A stretch of DNA of 64,000 nt, taken from NCBI GenBank assembly GCA_048013815.1, contig CM106586.1:18972001-19036000 (forward strand), read 5' to 3'. The stretch's first letter is position 1; each line of letters opens with the position of its first letter. The position numbers and the translations under genes were made by a program. The notes under the pieces are model-generated. The model saw only the letters and a list, made by a program, of their open reading frames with translations. It searched no databases and had not been told where the DNA came from. This DNA comes from Setoptus koraiensis (Eukaryota; Animalia; Arthropoda). Shown here piece after piece: positions 27,038-39,014 of this stretch.

Positions 27038-27518
27038 TCAACTGCTCACTTAATCTGCATCCAGTCGCAAGTGGCCAATGTGGTTGTAATTGGGATAGCA
27101 ATGATATTAAACAGATAATAATAGTAACAGTAATTTATTCTTGATGTCACTAATGCTAACACTACATGGTTGTAATTGATTGCCGGCCGATTTTGCATCA
27201 CTACTCTGCTCTGTTGCTCTGTTGTGTTGCGTCGTATGCTGGCTGTCAATAGTCACAATGTATAGTAATAGTGATAATAATTTAGTCGATAATATTAGTC
27301 GATAATATATTAGTCGCTTATTGTAATTAATCAGCTGACATGATACATGTATGTACAACAATAACTAACAATAATACTAATTTGCATATGCTCGTTGCAG
27401 CGCTTATCACTAGTCGCTTGCGGCAATCGCTAGCCAATCATTAGCGTCTAATCAATGATTGGCGACACTCGACGCACCAGGGGCCCACAAACTGGCCTCA
27501 ATTGCTGCAATATTGCTC

Positions 27519-27613
27519 GGGCTTGTTGGGCTTGTTGGGCTCGTTGGGCTTGTTGGGCTTGTTGGGCTCGTTGGGCTTGTTGGGCTTGTTGGGCTCGTTG
27601 GGCTCGTTGGGCT
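27519..27613. repeat. 9-bp tandem repeat GGGCT(T/C)GTT, about 10 copies
   Basis: Direct reading; it explains the WAC/WAR, LVG and QQA/PNK ORFs. Confidence 0.95.
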
Positions 27614-28813
27614 GGCTTATTGGACGGGTGCTTTTGTGCGGGATGAGCACACATTTGAATAAATAATTAATAACAATTCTTTGCCACTGATAACTGTCGA
27701 TATTGTAATATTTTGCTAACATTAGTCGACAGCAATTAATTGTTCATCATGCTTGTTGAGAGTCGTCGTCGTTTATGTAACATACACACACACGCACCAG
27801 TGCACAGTATGTTTGCTAAGATCGTCACAACAATGGTGGCTCTTTTCAATTCACTACAGCTAGACAGGTAGACAGATACAGCTAGTTAGGTAGGCTAGAG
27901 AACAGCTAAAGATACGGCTAGAGACACGGCTAAAGATACAGCCAAAGAGACAGGTAAAAGAGAAAAAGAAGAGTCAATTTAGTGGCGTACAACACAAATA
28001 CAAGGCTAGTCGTTATCGTCGTAAAGTTTATTACTCATACATTCACATTCATATCGCACAATGGCCATTATATCGGGGGCTGGCGTTGTTGTCGTCATTT
28101 GTAGATCTCATGTTAATCCATATCGAGCGCAAACGGCAGCCATCATGAGTATGCATCAGTACAATCATATGATATATATATATCCAGATATATACGGATA
28201 TTTATGTCAACTTGCAGCCCGTCTGTGGCTGGCTGGCTGGCTGGCTCGCTGGCGAATGCCACTCAATGATGTAGTTAACATTCACATGAACATTCTCGTC
28301 GTCGCAACACAACATTCGGATATAAATACAGCCAATGGGAGATAAACAGTTCATACTGTATCGCCTGTAGGTTTATAAATGTTTCAGCCGATATAAATGG
28401 AAAACAACATTCGCGCTTGTTATGTAATAGCATAACACTGTTGTTGCCTCCAACACAATGAGCCAAGCCTCGCATATTGACAGGTGTACTGAGAGGTGCT
28501 CTCATAGTGGCATTGTATTGAGCGTTGGGGCTGCCTTTCCACAGTTTGTTTCCTTCTTTTATCTCTGTCGCTGTCTGGCTCGCTTTTTATTTCATGATTT
28601 CTATCCTGCCAACGACAACCACAACAAGTTCACAAACTGGCCCAAACAAACTGACACAAACAAACTGACACAAACAAACTGGCTGGCTGGCTGCACTGCT
28701 TTGGCTGGCCAATCAGCGGCTAATTAACGTCGCAGCCAATTAATCTTTGATTAGTGTGAATGGTTGTCAGCAATAACGAGCCTGATATGAGAGTCTCATA
28801 ATGAGACTCACAC

Positions 28814-28882
28814 AATGTGAGTGACATAATGTGAGTGACATAATGTGAGTGACATAATGTGAGCGACATAATGTGAGCGACA
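28814..28882. repeat. 14-bp tandem repeat AATGTGAG(T/C)GACAT, about 5 copies
   Basis: Three copies have T, then two have C. Confidence 0.93.
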
Positions 28883-29325
28883 GTGAGTCTATTTGTGGTC
28901 ATCGCTGCCAGAGTGCAGTGTGACACAGGCAGCGCTGGCATTACATAACCAGATAATTTGATTATTTCGGAATATCGTGAATAATATTCGAACACGCTGG
29001 GGCAACACTAGACAAGCCACCAGACGCTCGACAACAAAACAGCAACACAACAACGTGATCAATATCTCTCCAATTGTCCAATTGTCCGATTGTTCACATA
29101 ATTGATCTGTCTGTGCGGCCAGTGACCTTCTCGCTGGCTGACGACAAAATGAATTAACCGAGAGCACGTTGAACCACGTTGCACGATGGTAACGATAATT
29201 AAGCATGTATCTTTATTTACACTGTCCATTGCAATGTCAATTGTGCCAAGGTGAAATTAATTAATTATGCAATTACACGAGCTAATGAGATCTTTTCCAA
29301 TGCTGGTCATCGTGCGCTCTGCGCA

Positions 29326-31353
29326 CTAAGTGGCCAGTCGCTTCAAGACATCTATGATGGGCAAATTTATTTTTTGTGTGCGATTTTTGCCCCACAAAAA
29401 GTCGTCGTGATTGTAATCTGGTATTACGTGATCCTCGAACAGTGGCACTAGAACGATAAAAGATGAATGTGACAATAACATAAGAATGAATATTATGATA
29501 TTCAGTAAGTGATGCACAGCAGTGAAATGATTTGATTGAATTATCTTTTTCAGATTTTGTATCGGTGTATCGATCGGTTTATGGCAATACCTTTCAGCGA
29601 CGACAGCAGATGCTCCTGATCGAGCCGGTCCGACAGGTAATCATTGTTGGCCCGAAAGAAGACCATAGAGGTGAGATTGATGCGCCCCAGATCGTACTGC
29701 CTGTCCGGCCCGGCCGGCTGGTGCAAATCCTTTGAGTTTTCAATGAACATCTCAAATCTGTCGGTCAGATGGATCTGGCTGAAGTGGGCCAGCGTTTTGA
29801 GGCTGGTCGCTTGAAATAGCTGCGCAAACACGAAGCCCGTCTGTTGTTGCACAGTGTTATATACAGTTGTAGTTTGGGGTACAGGGAGAAGGATTATTAT
29901 TCTCGCTCATTATGTAATCGGGCCCTCAGATTGATACTCCCAGAGATTTGGGGCGATTCGGGCAATTTGGAAGCGATTCGGGAAATCTGGGAGCTTCATA
30001 TGAGCTGGGATATTCAGGGGTGGACAATTAAAACTCACCAGCAAAGTCTCGTCGTGATCCGGCCCGTTGGTTGCGTCGAAAATGATTCGGCATATTATTC
30101 TGATGGGATTTGTAACGAAATTCTTGCACAATTGACCTATCGTGTAACTGAGTGGCTCGTTTATGTTGAAAGGCAAAATATTTGCGTTGGTCTGGTGAAA
30201 CAGAGCATACAAATAGGGCAAAAGTATACCAAACAAACCCTTGGCATGGCGCACAAACGCCACTGGGGCCAGCGCCACAAAGGCATTGATGTTGTTAGAG
30301 TATTCGGGCCGCTTCGACAACAGGGCAAACATCAGCGTCGTGCCCTGACTGTGTCCAATGTAGGACACCTTGTTCCATTTGGTCACCTGTTGCACGTACT
30401 CGACGAAGGCAGGCAAATCGTACAGAGCCTGTTGGTCAAGCGAGAAATTCCAATAATCGCCATAGGTGATGGACTTGTTCACATGATAATTGTTGCCTGT
30501 TTGCACAAAATTTGGCAAGTCTTTTGCGTCGGGCAACATGGGGCGAAAAATGCGAGTGTTGTTCGCACCGGAAGTGAGGCCGCTACGGTAATAATTGAGG
30601 CCGCGTCCATTGAGCAGCCAAACATCGAACAGATTATTGGACAGAATGAGCGGTAACGAGCTGACACGCTCGTCGGGATGTTCGTCGTTGAGCTTCTTGG
30701 CTCGGTCAACAATATTCATTGGCGACAATTTGTGCGGCGAGCCGCCAAAAGATCTGGCCGAAAATCGGTGCTGCGCCATGGGGCCCCCATTGCCGTCGCC
30801 GGCGTCAGAGGAATTGGTGGGCGGCAGGTCGGGGCGAGTGTTGTTGCCCTGGAGAACGTAGTCGCTGGACGAGAACAAAATTCCGTGGTTCAACAGAACC
30901 GGATTGTAGCGTCTGGCAACAATTTGCGCGTTCGCCAGCGGATTCACCACTCTTATGGCGAGCAAAATGTAGCCGTCCTTGGTGACCACGTGATGCTCTT
31001 CGGCCACGAAACCGTACGATTTAATTATGTCAATCTGTCATTATCCGGGCAATATGAGCGATGTTGGCGATATTGGCGATATTGGCGATATCGGCGATAT
31101 TAGAGATGGTTTTTGGGCCCGTGTGAGCGGGGGAAATCAATTCTTCGGTTAGTGGCGCGCGCGAGCTGCGACATCCCGAGCGTGCCACAGATATTTTTCA
31201 TAATAGACATATAATGTAAAGCGATGTATACGTTAATTATCATGATATGTGAGCACTCACTGTGTTTCCCGGAATTGAGGCCGGCGGAATGAGAGCGCCG
31301 GCGAAATGGGGCCCAAGCACGATGGGCAGCAGGATTGCCAGCAGCGGCGGCAT
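29326..31353 (-). CDS. Secreted acid lipase (lysosomal/gastric lipase family, alpha/beta hydrolase), 4 exons
   Basis: Phase-compatible exons: 31353-31261, 31034-30039, 29840-29591 and 29447-29326. Signal peptide MPPLLAILLPIVLGPHFAGA (an upstream in-frame ATG is at 31377). Family motifs: EEHHVVTKDGYIL, LNHGIL, FDVWLLNGRG, YWNFS..LYDLPA. Catalytic triad: GHSQG (Ser), NNDYLS (Asp), YNHDDFLWG (His). Confidence 0.95.
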
Positions 31354-31480
31354 GTTCTTGCGTTGCAGTTTGTCCATTTGCAATTTGATGTGATCTGACT
31401 TGCGCTGGGGCGACTGTTTGAGGGTGAGTTTTTCAGGACTTGCCGTTGCCACCCAATTGAGATGACACCTGATGAGCGAT

Positions 31481-31514
31481 GAATGAACTGTCACTGGCTG
31501 GCACTGCCTTTATA
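31481..31514 (-). promoter_or_regulatory. TATA box plus Initiator core promoter of the lipase gene
   Basis: Minus-strand TATAAAG at 31514-31508 and TCATTC (arthropod Inr TCAKTY) at 31486-31481. The Inr A lies 30 nt downstream of the first T of TATA, about 130 nt before the ATG. Confidence 0.6.
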
Positions 31515-34500
31515 TTGCCACTCTCTTGTCACCTTGCCATTTTATCCGTTTGTCAGTCTGTTTTATCCATTATAATTATGCTCTATAATTAATGGACTGA
31601 TATTCACACAATATTATATTCACAATTTGCGCGTTCATTTGCATTGTTGCAAATGTTACTATTGTAAATGTTTTTATTTCTATTGCGGTGGTTGACTGGC
31701 CGAATGAGAGACTAAATCGCTCACTCATCGAAGGATGCCAATTCATGAATAATTCATTGTTGCTGTCACTTGGATTGCTGACTCACCACCCAGAGACACC
31801 GACACAAAAGCTGCACTAAAAGTGTCGCAAACGAGGCTTTGTCGACTTAGATTTAGATAAAACATAATGAAATTGCCAATTTTATTTCATTGTCAATTAT
31901 TAGCATTAGCTTACAATTGAAATATTGATTGATTGATTATGGCGCCCCGCTAGTGAGGCGGCCGCACGAAAGAGGGCGCTCCGACTGATGCGGCCAGTAG
32001 CGGGCAGCACCAGCGCTAATGTGTGCTGCCTAGATAGTCCGCTATCAACCGCTGTCTGGCACGAATTGTCTAGACAGACATCGGTTGATAGCAAGCGATC
32101 GCAGCGGAATGTATAGAGTTGACACTTTTGAATGGTAAAACACAAGCTCGTTTTGGGGCACTAGTGGCTCGTTGTTGGCACTAGTGGCTCGTTGTTGGCA
32201 CGAGACGGCGCCCATTAGACTGCGGTGATTAGACGAGACAAACAATGGCAAGCTAATGGCTAATGATGGCGCGCAATCAGCATCACTGATGGATCACTAA
32301 TGAATTATGTTCGCGTTGGGGCGCGTTATGGTTGGCGGGCCTCAATTTGCGACGGCCACGGTGTGTGGCAGCGCGATTTCGGGCCAGCAAACAGTGCAGC
32401 CACAACAAAGTCTGCTAGACACTGTCTCGTTGGACAGTGACATTCATCTCGCAAGCTCAGTGCACAAGCTCGAGCGTTTGCGATATTTGGCAAATTGAAA
32501 ATTGTTATCAGATAACTCGGCGGCTGGCTGTTATCTGATAAACCGGCCGAGTGTTCGCCGGCAAGAGTTGCGCGGATAATTGTTTGCGCGGACAAAATAA
32601 ATTGTTGACGCAAGCAACAACCCGGCCCGCTAATAGCCGCCATCGAGCGCACCGGCCCGCAGACCGCCGACTCTGGAGTGCGGACGCTGCAGGCCCGCAT
32701 GCCCGCCATGCAATGTGATATAGGCTGGCCCCGCAGCGGACCAGCCAGCCACTTAAGACTCTCTAGTTGAGAGACTCGCCCGAGCGATCGCACTGGCATC
32801 TGGAGATGGATGGTTGGCCGCGCAACAACCAGCGCTGCTCACTAATAGCCGAGCGAGGTAAAAAGGGGCCAAACGTAAACAGACCGCTGTCTTCGGCGAG
32901 CTGTTTTCGGGGCGCGCAAGGCTCGCCGATATGGCCCCACAAACAGCGATATCACGGCTACGCAAACATGGCACAAAAACGTGTAAGGCCGTATAAAAGC
33001 GCCAGTAGTTAAGTTGTCGACAATGTCATGTTGTTGCGGGGGCGCAACAAAATGACGAATGCATGACAATTGTTCACTTTTGTTACTACTTTTTTTTGTT
33101 CAGACGTGTATATATTTGTTCGCAAACGCAACACATACTTGCAACTTTTTAAATGCAACTGGCGCTGTATTTAGGCAGCTCGCTAAAGACAACTCGCCAA
33201 GCTTGAATACAGCGCCAGAGCGGTATTTAAAATTGTGTTCAAATTGAAAAGCTGTTGTTTGTTTACATCGTCATATTTGCATAGATGCTGTGTGATACGA
33301 GCAACTATAAGCAGTCTATTATTAAGTCAAGTGTAATAGTCGAGTTAGTGCGCGCCAACAGTTACATTATATAACTTTTATAACTATTATGCAATAGTTG
33401 TATGAGAGTTGTGTGTGGCATAGCAAAGTAGCATAGCGACACTATCAGTGCATTATTGCCGCAATGGTGCATTGTGCCGCAACAGCGCCCACGCCAGCCG
33501 ACAATGGCGAGACAATGATGGCGCGAATTGAGAGACTCACCTCTAATCCGTTTTATTTCCATTTCGTTTTCACATTAGACACAAATGTGAGCGCATTGTG
33601 TGTGTGTGTGTGTGTGTGTGTGCATTATGCACTCGATGCGGATATTACGCAATACAAACAAAGGCAGTTTGGCCCCTCGGAGAGAGCGAGAGTTTGCGGC
33701 TCATCGCTCGCGAACAATGCCCAAGTAATGAACGCCTCGCGCTAACACATGCACGGCTCCGCTCGCGGGCTCCTCTCGGGCTCCTCTCTTGCTCCTCTCG
33801 GGCTCCGCTCGGGCCGCTCTCGAGCGGTTCGCCGGCCCGTGCGAGCTCGGGCCGCTGTCGAGCGGCGCCAATGGGCACCCATCGGCACCAATGGCCGCCC
33901 GACCCCCTAATGACCGATCTCGTTCGGGGGCATGCATGTGGCTCGCGGGCTCTGACACTCGCAGGCCAGTGTGTGCGCCAAACAAACAAGCAACGAACGT
34001 GGCCAACAATGGGCGCCAATGCTCGCCTCCACTTGCCACCATTTTGCCACGCGCTCGCCACGGGCCAAATTCAAACGCGGACAAACGCAACTTGATACAG
34101 CGCTGCGAGGCACGTAGTCTGGCAAGACTCGCATTGTCTGATTCGGCGGCCGATGATCGGCCGCTGATCGGCCGCTGATGCACGGGCCTAGTTTTAGTCG
34201 GGCCGCCGTCGGGCCGCCGTCGGACACTCTCGGGACGAGCACGGGACGATGTGCCAGTGTGCGGACAAGCGACGGAGCGCAAAACTGTCGCCAAATCTCC
34301 GCTGTCTGCCAGACAGTGTCTAGACTCGGCGCGCCAGTAATTACTTGCAAATCGCGTCTTTTATTCGCGGCGTTTTTATAAATATAAGCTCGCTCGGCAA
34401 CTGCAGTTTCGCGGGCGAATTCGCTGGCGGTTTGAGTGGCGCGTTAGTCGCATCTCGGGCGCATTTCGGTCGCAGATTCGGGCGCATTTCGGTCGCAGAT

Positions 34501-36416
34501 TCGGGCGCAGATTCAGCCTGGCAAACGCGGCTCGCATTTGTCGGGGAGAAGCTGCCCCGACAAAACAAACACTCTATCAAGGTGCCATTATGCGCAGCGT
34601 TACACACAGCATTTTATACGGCATTATAAACAGTATTATATAACGGCCACTGTTGGCAGTTGAGGCGAGCCGATGCAGCAGCGCAATGATGGGGCCCCAA
34701 AGTGAATCATGTTTGTGATTAGATGGCGAGCGGCGCGCGAGCCCGGGCCCCATCGATGGCCCCAACTGTGCAACTGGGCAGAGTGTTTGTTGTGCCGCTC
34801 GAACAGTGTCAGTGATACAACAACGTGTATGTAACAACAGTGTGTGCGTGTGTGTGTGTGTGTGTGCGAGCTGGGCGGATATTTGGCCCAGACAGACGAA
34901 AGTGTAAACTTTGTTGCGCAATTGACGACTTCGCTCAGGCCCACTGCGCGCCTCAAATTGCGAATCAGGCAGGTGGAAACGCACAACGAATTGCCCCCAG
35001 CTCCACGGGGCATGCACTGCGCCGCGCCGCGATGAGCGGCCCCAATCGAGGCCCCCAATCGAGGCCCACAACTCACCTCGAGCGACCAAACTGTGCCGAC
35101 TGCGCCAACTGTAGGCCGGTTTGGGGCCCCAGTCAGCCACTCGAAAGCCATTACACGGCGGCAAGCGACTGGCTGGACCAGGGGGCTCTTCACGCCTTGC
35201 TGACTCGATATAAATGCCACTGCCCCTAGGCGCTCTATGTGCGCTGCGTGTGCGCGCTTTGGGGCCCCGACAGCCAGTTGGGGCGATTATTTTTTGTGCC
35301 TGCGTTCGCCTGGCGGCGAGCTGGCCAATTTCAGCCCGCGCTAGCTGATGGGCGTTCGCTGGCCAGCGTTCGAGTTCGCGTTGCCTGGCTGGCTGGCTGG
35401 ATATTCGCGTTGCGCTCATGCGCCGCTCCAGTTGATGGCCATGATGATGACGGGCGCCATGATGAGGGTGACGATGATGACGGTTGCCGTGGCAATCATC
35501 ATCATCAACTTGATTAGTCTCATGATTTGCACACGCACCCCGCCAGCGGGGCACCCATGAGCGGAATTAGCCCGAAACAAAGGCACCCAGATGCCGCTCG
35601 CCGCGAGGCTACTGCCCCTCGGCCGATACCCGGCCAACTGTATTATACCGTCTACGAATTGTCTACGGTGGGTACGCATGAACTATGTTAGTACGCCGCA
35701 CTGAGCTGGGTACCTAGTAATACAAAGCTTATATGCGTGCCCCGGGCCTCGCGAGCCGCAGCAAACAAACTCGCAACTCGGTACGGGCCGCATTTCGCGA
35801 CGGGCCGCAAGCTGCGAACGAGCCCGCCCGGCTGCTCATTAAGACAGATAACGGTCGACCTTCAGCGGGCGCATCACTCACTTGTGGGGCCCAGTTGCGG
35901 GCCGGCGACGTGACAGTGGCCGGCGGTGTTGCGCAACACCAACAACAATACGCACACTCATTAGAGCGTGTGCATTGTCAATCGGTGAGGCTCATAATCG
36001 CTCGCGCAGCGCCAGTTTCGATCACCTGATTGTCGCTCGACTCCGTCGACTGTCCGGCCGGCCCGCGCAACCCGATGCCCGCGCCACTCGGCAAGTGGGG
36101 CCCAGTGAAAAAAACACAGCAGCAGCGGGCAAAAGAACAACGAGGCGCCATGCCAATAGGCTCATTAATAGCAGTGAATCCAATCAATTCCGAGTTCCCG
36201 CTGGCCAAATCAAAACGAATCAGAGCACACGCTAGAACGAATGGAAACGCATTCGGATTCGCAGCGCCACCCATTCCAATCGCATCAAATCGCTCTGATC
36301 CGACTCAGTGGGGCCGAACTGGCGAGTTGCACTAGCGCCATTATACTGCTGGCACTGGCTGGCAGCTTCAGCGACAATTCATTAGAGTTGCGTCATCAAG
36401 TTAGTTTGCCACACGC

Positions 36417-36452
<36 letters not shown>

Positions 36453-37452
36453 GCTAGTCGTATAATGTTGGCATCGCAACGACAACAGCGACACCAACAG
36501 CAACAACGACAACAGCAACAGCGACAACGGCGACAACCACAACAACGACGGCCGCATCGCCCTCTACGCAGCGCCAACTGCACACACCTATTTTTGCCTA
36601 TTTTTATCTGTTAGTGGCCCCATTTTGGCGTGTTTCACACTAATAAGTGATGCGAGACAAAAATATGCATCTTGTTGGCGCATAAACAAACTGACAATTG
36701 AGAGAAAAAAGCGTTTCGTGAAGCAACCAAAAAAGTGTCTCAATCGCTGCAAAAGTGACGCTTATTTGCGTACATTTTTTTTTCACACCAAAACACTGTA
36801 GGTGTCTAAACACTGTCTACACGTATCACATCATCGCCAGACACAACCAGACCAAGTGCAACTGCAACACGACATTTCCGTTATTGTTTACCTGCGGCTA
36901 TCACTTGCGGCGCGAATAATACAGTCACTGTTTAGTCACACCATAAATGATAGATAGACAAACCAGCCATATATCACCATGCACGCCTATAACAATATCA
37001 ACCAAAGCAGTTATGACTTTGACAGTACGTACAACAAACACGACAAAACAAACACAACACCGCTCACCTGTCCATTGAGCGTGTTTATCGCTGTCTGCGG
37101 CTAACGGTCACCGTAGAGCGACTGTTGTTTGTTGCGTCATAAACGAATCGCCTCGAATCGCCTCGAATCGCATAGCGTATTAGCATAATTGATTGATGCG
37201 CACCAGCGATACACTAGCTGACACCTTAATACACACACTTGATTCACATACATACATGTCGCAACATGATGCATTGATTATTAACATCAAACCATCTCTG
37301 TATCTCCTGTATCTATCTCTGTTTTGCGCCACAAACCGGAAATCGTCAATACTATACACACACACACACACACTGTGTAATGTGTTTGCCAATGCCTATA
37401 CTACATTTTTTTCCCACAAAACAACCGCCGCCGTGCAATGTTGCCCGTTCAG

Positions 37453-38614
37453 ACAGCGAATTTGACGAATTTGAGGGACAAACTGTGAGATTCAAGCCAG
37501 AATCCATAGACAACCTGGTGAAATTGACCAAATTCAACAAGCGCGAACTCAAGCTCATGTATCGCGGCTTCAAACAGGTGAGTATACAATATTCAATATT
37601 CGTCTCGATTGCAATCGTCCAGCACACACAAAGTATCCGTCGCCACAATCATGTTCACACAATGACACACAATCGCCTCCAATCTATCATATCGCCCATA
37701 TTTGGCCCCCTTTCAGCTCTGTCCGTCTGGCGTGGTAAAAGAGGACAAATTCAAATTAATATACGCGCAATTTTTCCCTCGTGGCGCCGAAACAAATCAT
37801 TATGCGCGATTTGTGTTCAATACGTTCGATGTACAACGCAAACAAGAGATCACATTCACCGTAAGTTGACATTCACACAATTGTCAAATAAAATTTTAGG
37901 CGCCTCAAACTGTCTTAACTGCTGGTTTCAACTGAACTGCCAATTTCATTTTAATTTGTATTCTACATCACCCACACCCTGCCAACAACCTCTAATTCCG
38001 GTGTCGCTGTTGATAACAATATTCGGCTAAACCGTTTAGGATTTTGTGATCGGTTTATCGGTGCTCACCAGGGGCACTATTGAAGAAAGGCTCAGGTGGA
38101 TATTCACTCTGTACGATATAAACGGCGACGGAGTCATAACTAAAGACGAACTCAGCAAAATAGTCTGCTCCATATATGATCTCATGGGCAAGCTCGTGGA
38201 TCAGCCATCCGACGAGATAACGGCGAGAGAACAGACGGATCGTTTGTTCAAGGTGAGTCTTAATTATTTAACTTATAGCCTCCAAATTGATTTATTGTCA
38301 CAAGCATCACGCTATAATTGTGATACCCATGTTTTATCCTATTGTTCCTACTATTTGCAGAAATTCGATCTAAATTGTGATGGCATAATAACATTGGATG
38401 AATTTCTTGAGTCATGTCATAACGTAAGTCAGCTTTCAAATCACACATACACATCTTTTCTTGAAAGATTCTTCACCACTAATGACCCATTTCGTTTGTC
38501 TCTGTTCTCTCCGCTGCTTCACTTACCTGTTGTCTTTTACACATTAACAACATTTCAATCATTCAGGATGAAAATATAATCAAATCCATATCCGTTTTCA
38601 ATACTGTCCTCTAA
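37453..38614 (+). CDS. KCNIP: Kv channel-interacting protein (KChIP, neuronal calcium sensor family), core exons 2-6
   Basis: Exons 37453-37577, 37717-37860, 38040-38252, 38361-38423 and 38567-38614, all GT-AG and in phase. Motifs: VRFKPESIDNLVKLTKFNKRELKLMYRGFKQ, CPSGVVKEDKFKLIYAQFFP, EF3 DINGDGVITKDE, EF4 DLNCDGIITLDE, C-terminus DENIIKSISVFNTVL. The acidic DSEFDEFE start of exon 2 is KChIP-like rather than frequenin-like. Confidence 0.93.
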
Positions 38615-39008
38615 ACAAGATAAATACAACATTCGGAACAACAATTATAAGAGACCATCATTCGCGGTCAATTCAACAAGGCCCAATGAATACAATTGAC
38701 TCAAACAATCAACATTATTTTTTACATTTAGTTGTTCACAACACACACCGAACCGATTGTAACAAATTGAACAGCTAGGAGAAAAACATCATTGCATTCG
38801 AATTCAACTAAATGCAATGATTCTCTCTTTATCACCCACAGACTTGAGTAAGTCCATTAATTAAAGTACACTACTACTACACGAATATCCGGTATATTCA
38901 ACCACGGTAAGGCCAACCAATGATCGTTAAGAACAACTAGTCGCACAATGTAAAATCACGTACTAAAATCTCATACAGTAAATGTTAAATACATAGTTGT
39001 TGATCATG

Positions 39009-39014
39009 AATAAA
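39009..39014 (+). terminator. Candidate polyadenylation signal AATAAA of KChIP
   Basis: AATAAA in an AT-rich stretch about 395 nt after the KChIP stop and before the convergent NAXE 3' end. Confidence 0.4.

Noticed and set aside
27448-27722. Cys/Trp-rich WACWAR and related ORFs
   Set aside because: Products of the 9-bp GGGCTYGTT array.
392-28882. CRISPR array or transposon interpretation of the repeats
   Set aside because: The repeats are head-to-tail with no unique spacers; no transposase or RT ORF, shared terminal inverted repeats or target-site duplications were seen.
29844-30656. 270-aa + strand ORF
   Set aside because: Antisense shadow of the lipase exon, with no recognisable motif.
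32992-32999. TATAAAAG box
   Set aside because: No Initiator at the expected distance of about 30 nt and no downstream exon identified.
34577-35554. 325-aa minus-strand ORF
   Set aside because: GC-rich, low-complexity and runs through a (CA)n tract (HTHTHT). It overlaps many ORFs in other frames and has no domain.
36401-36583. Metallothionein-like Cys-rich ORF
   Set aside because: The Cys/Arg content comes from CAA/CAG/CGA trinucleotide runs and a (CA)n tract; no true ATG context.
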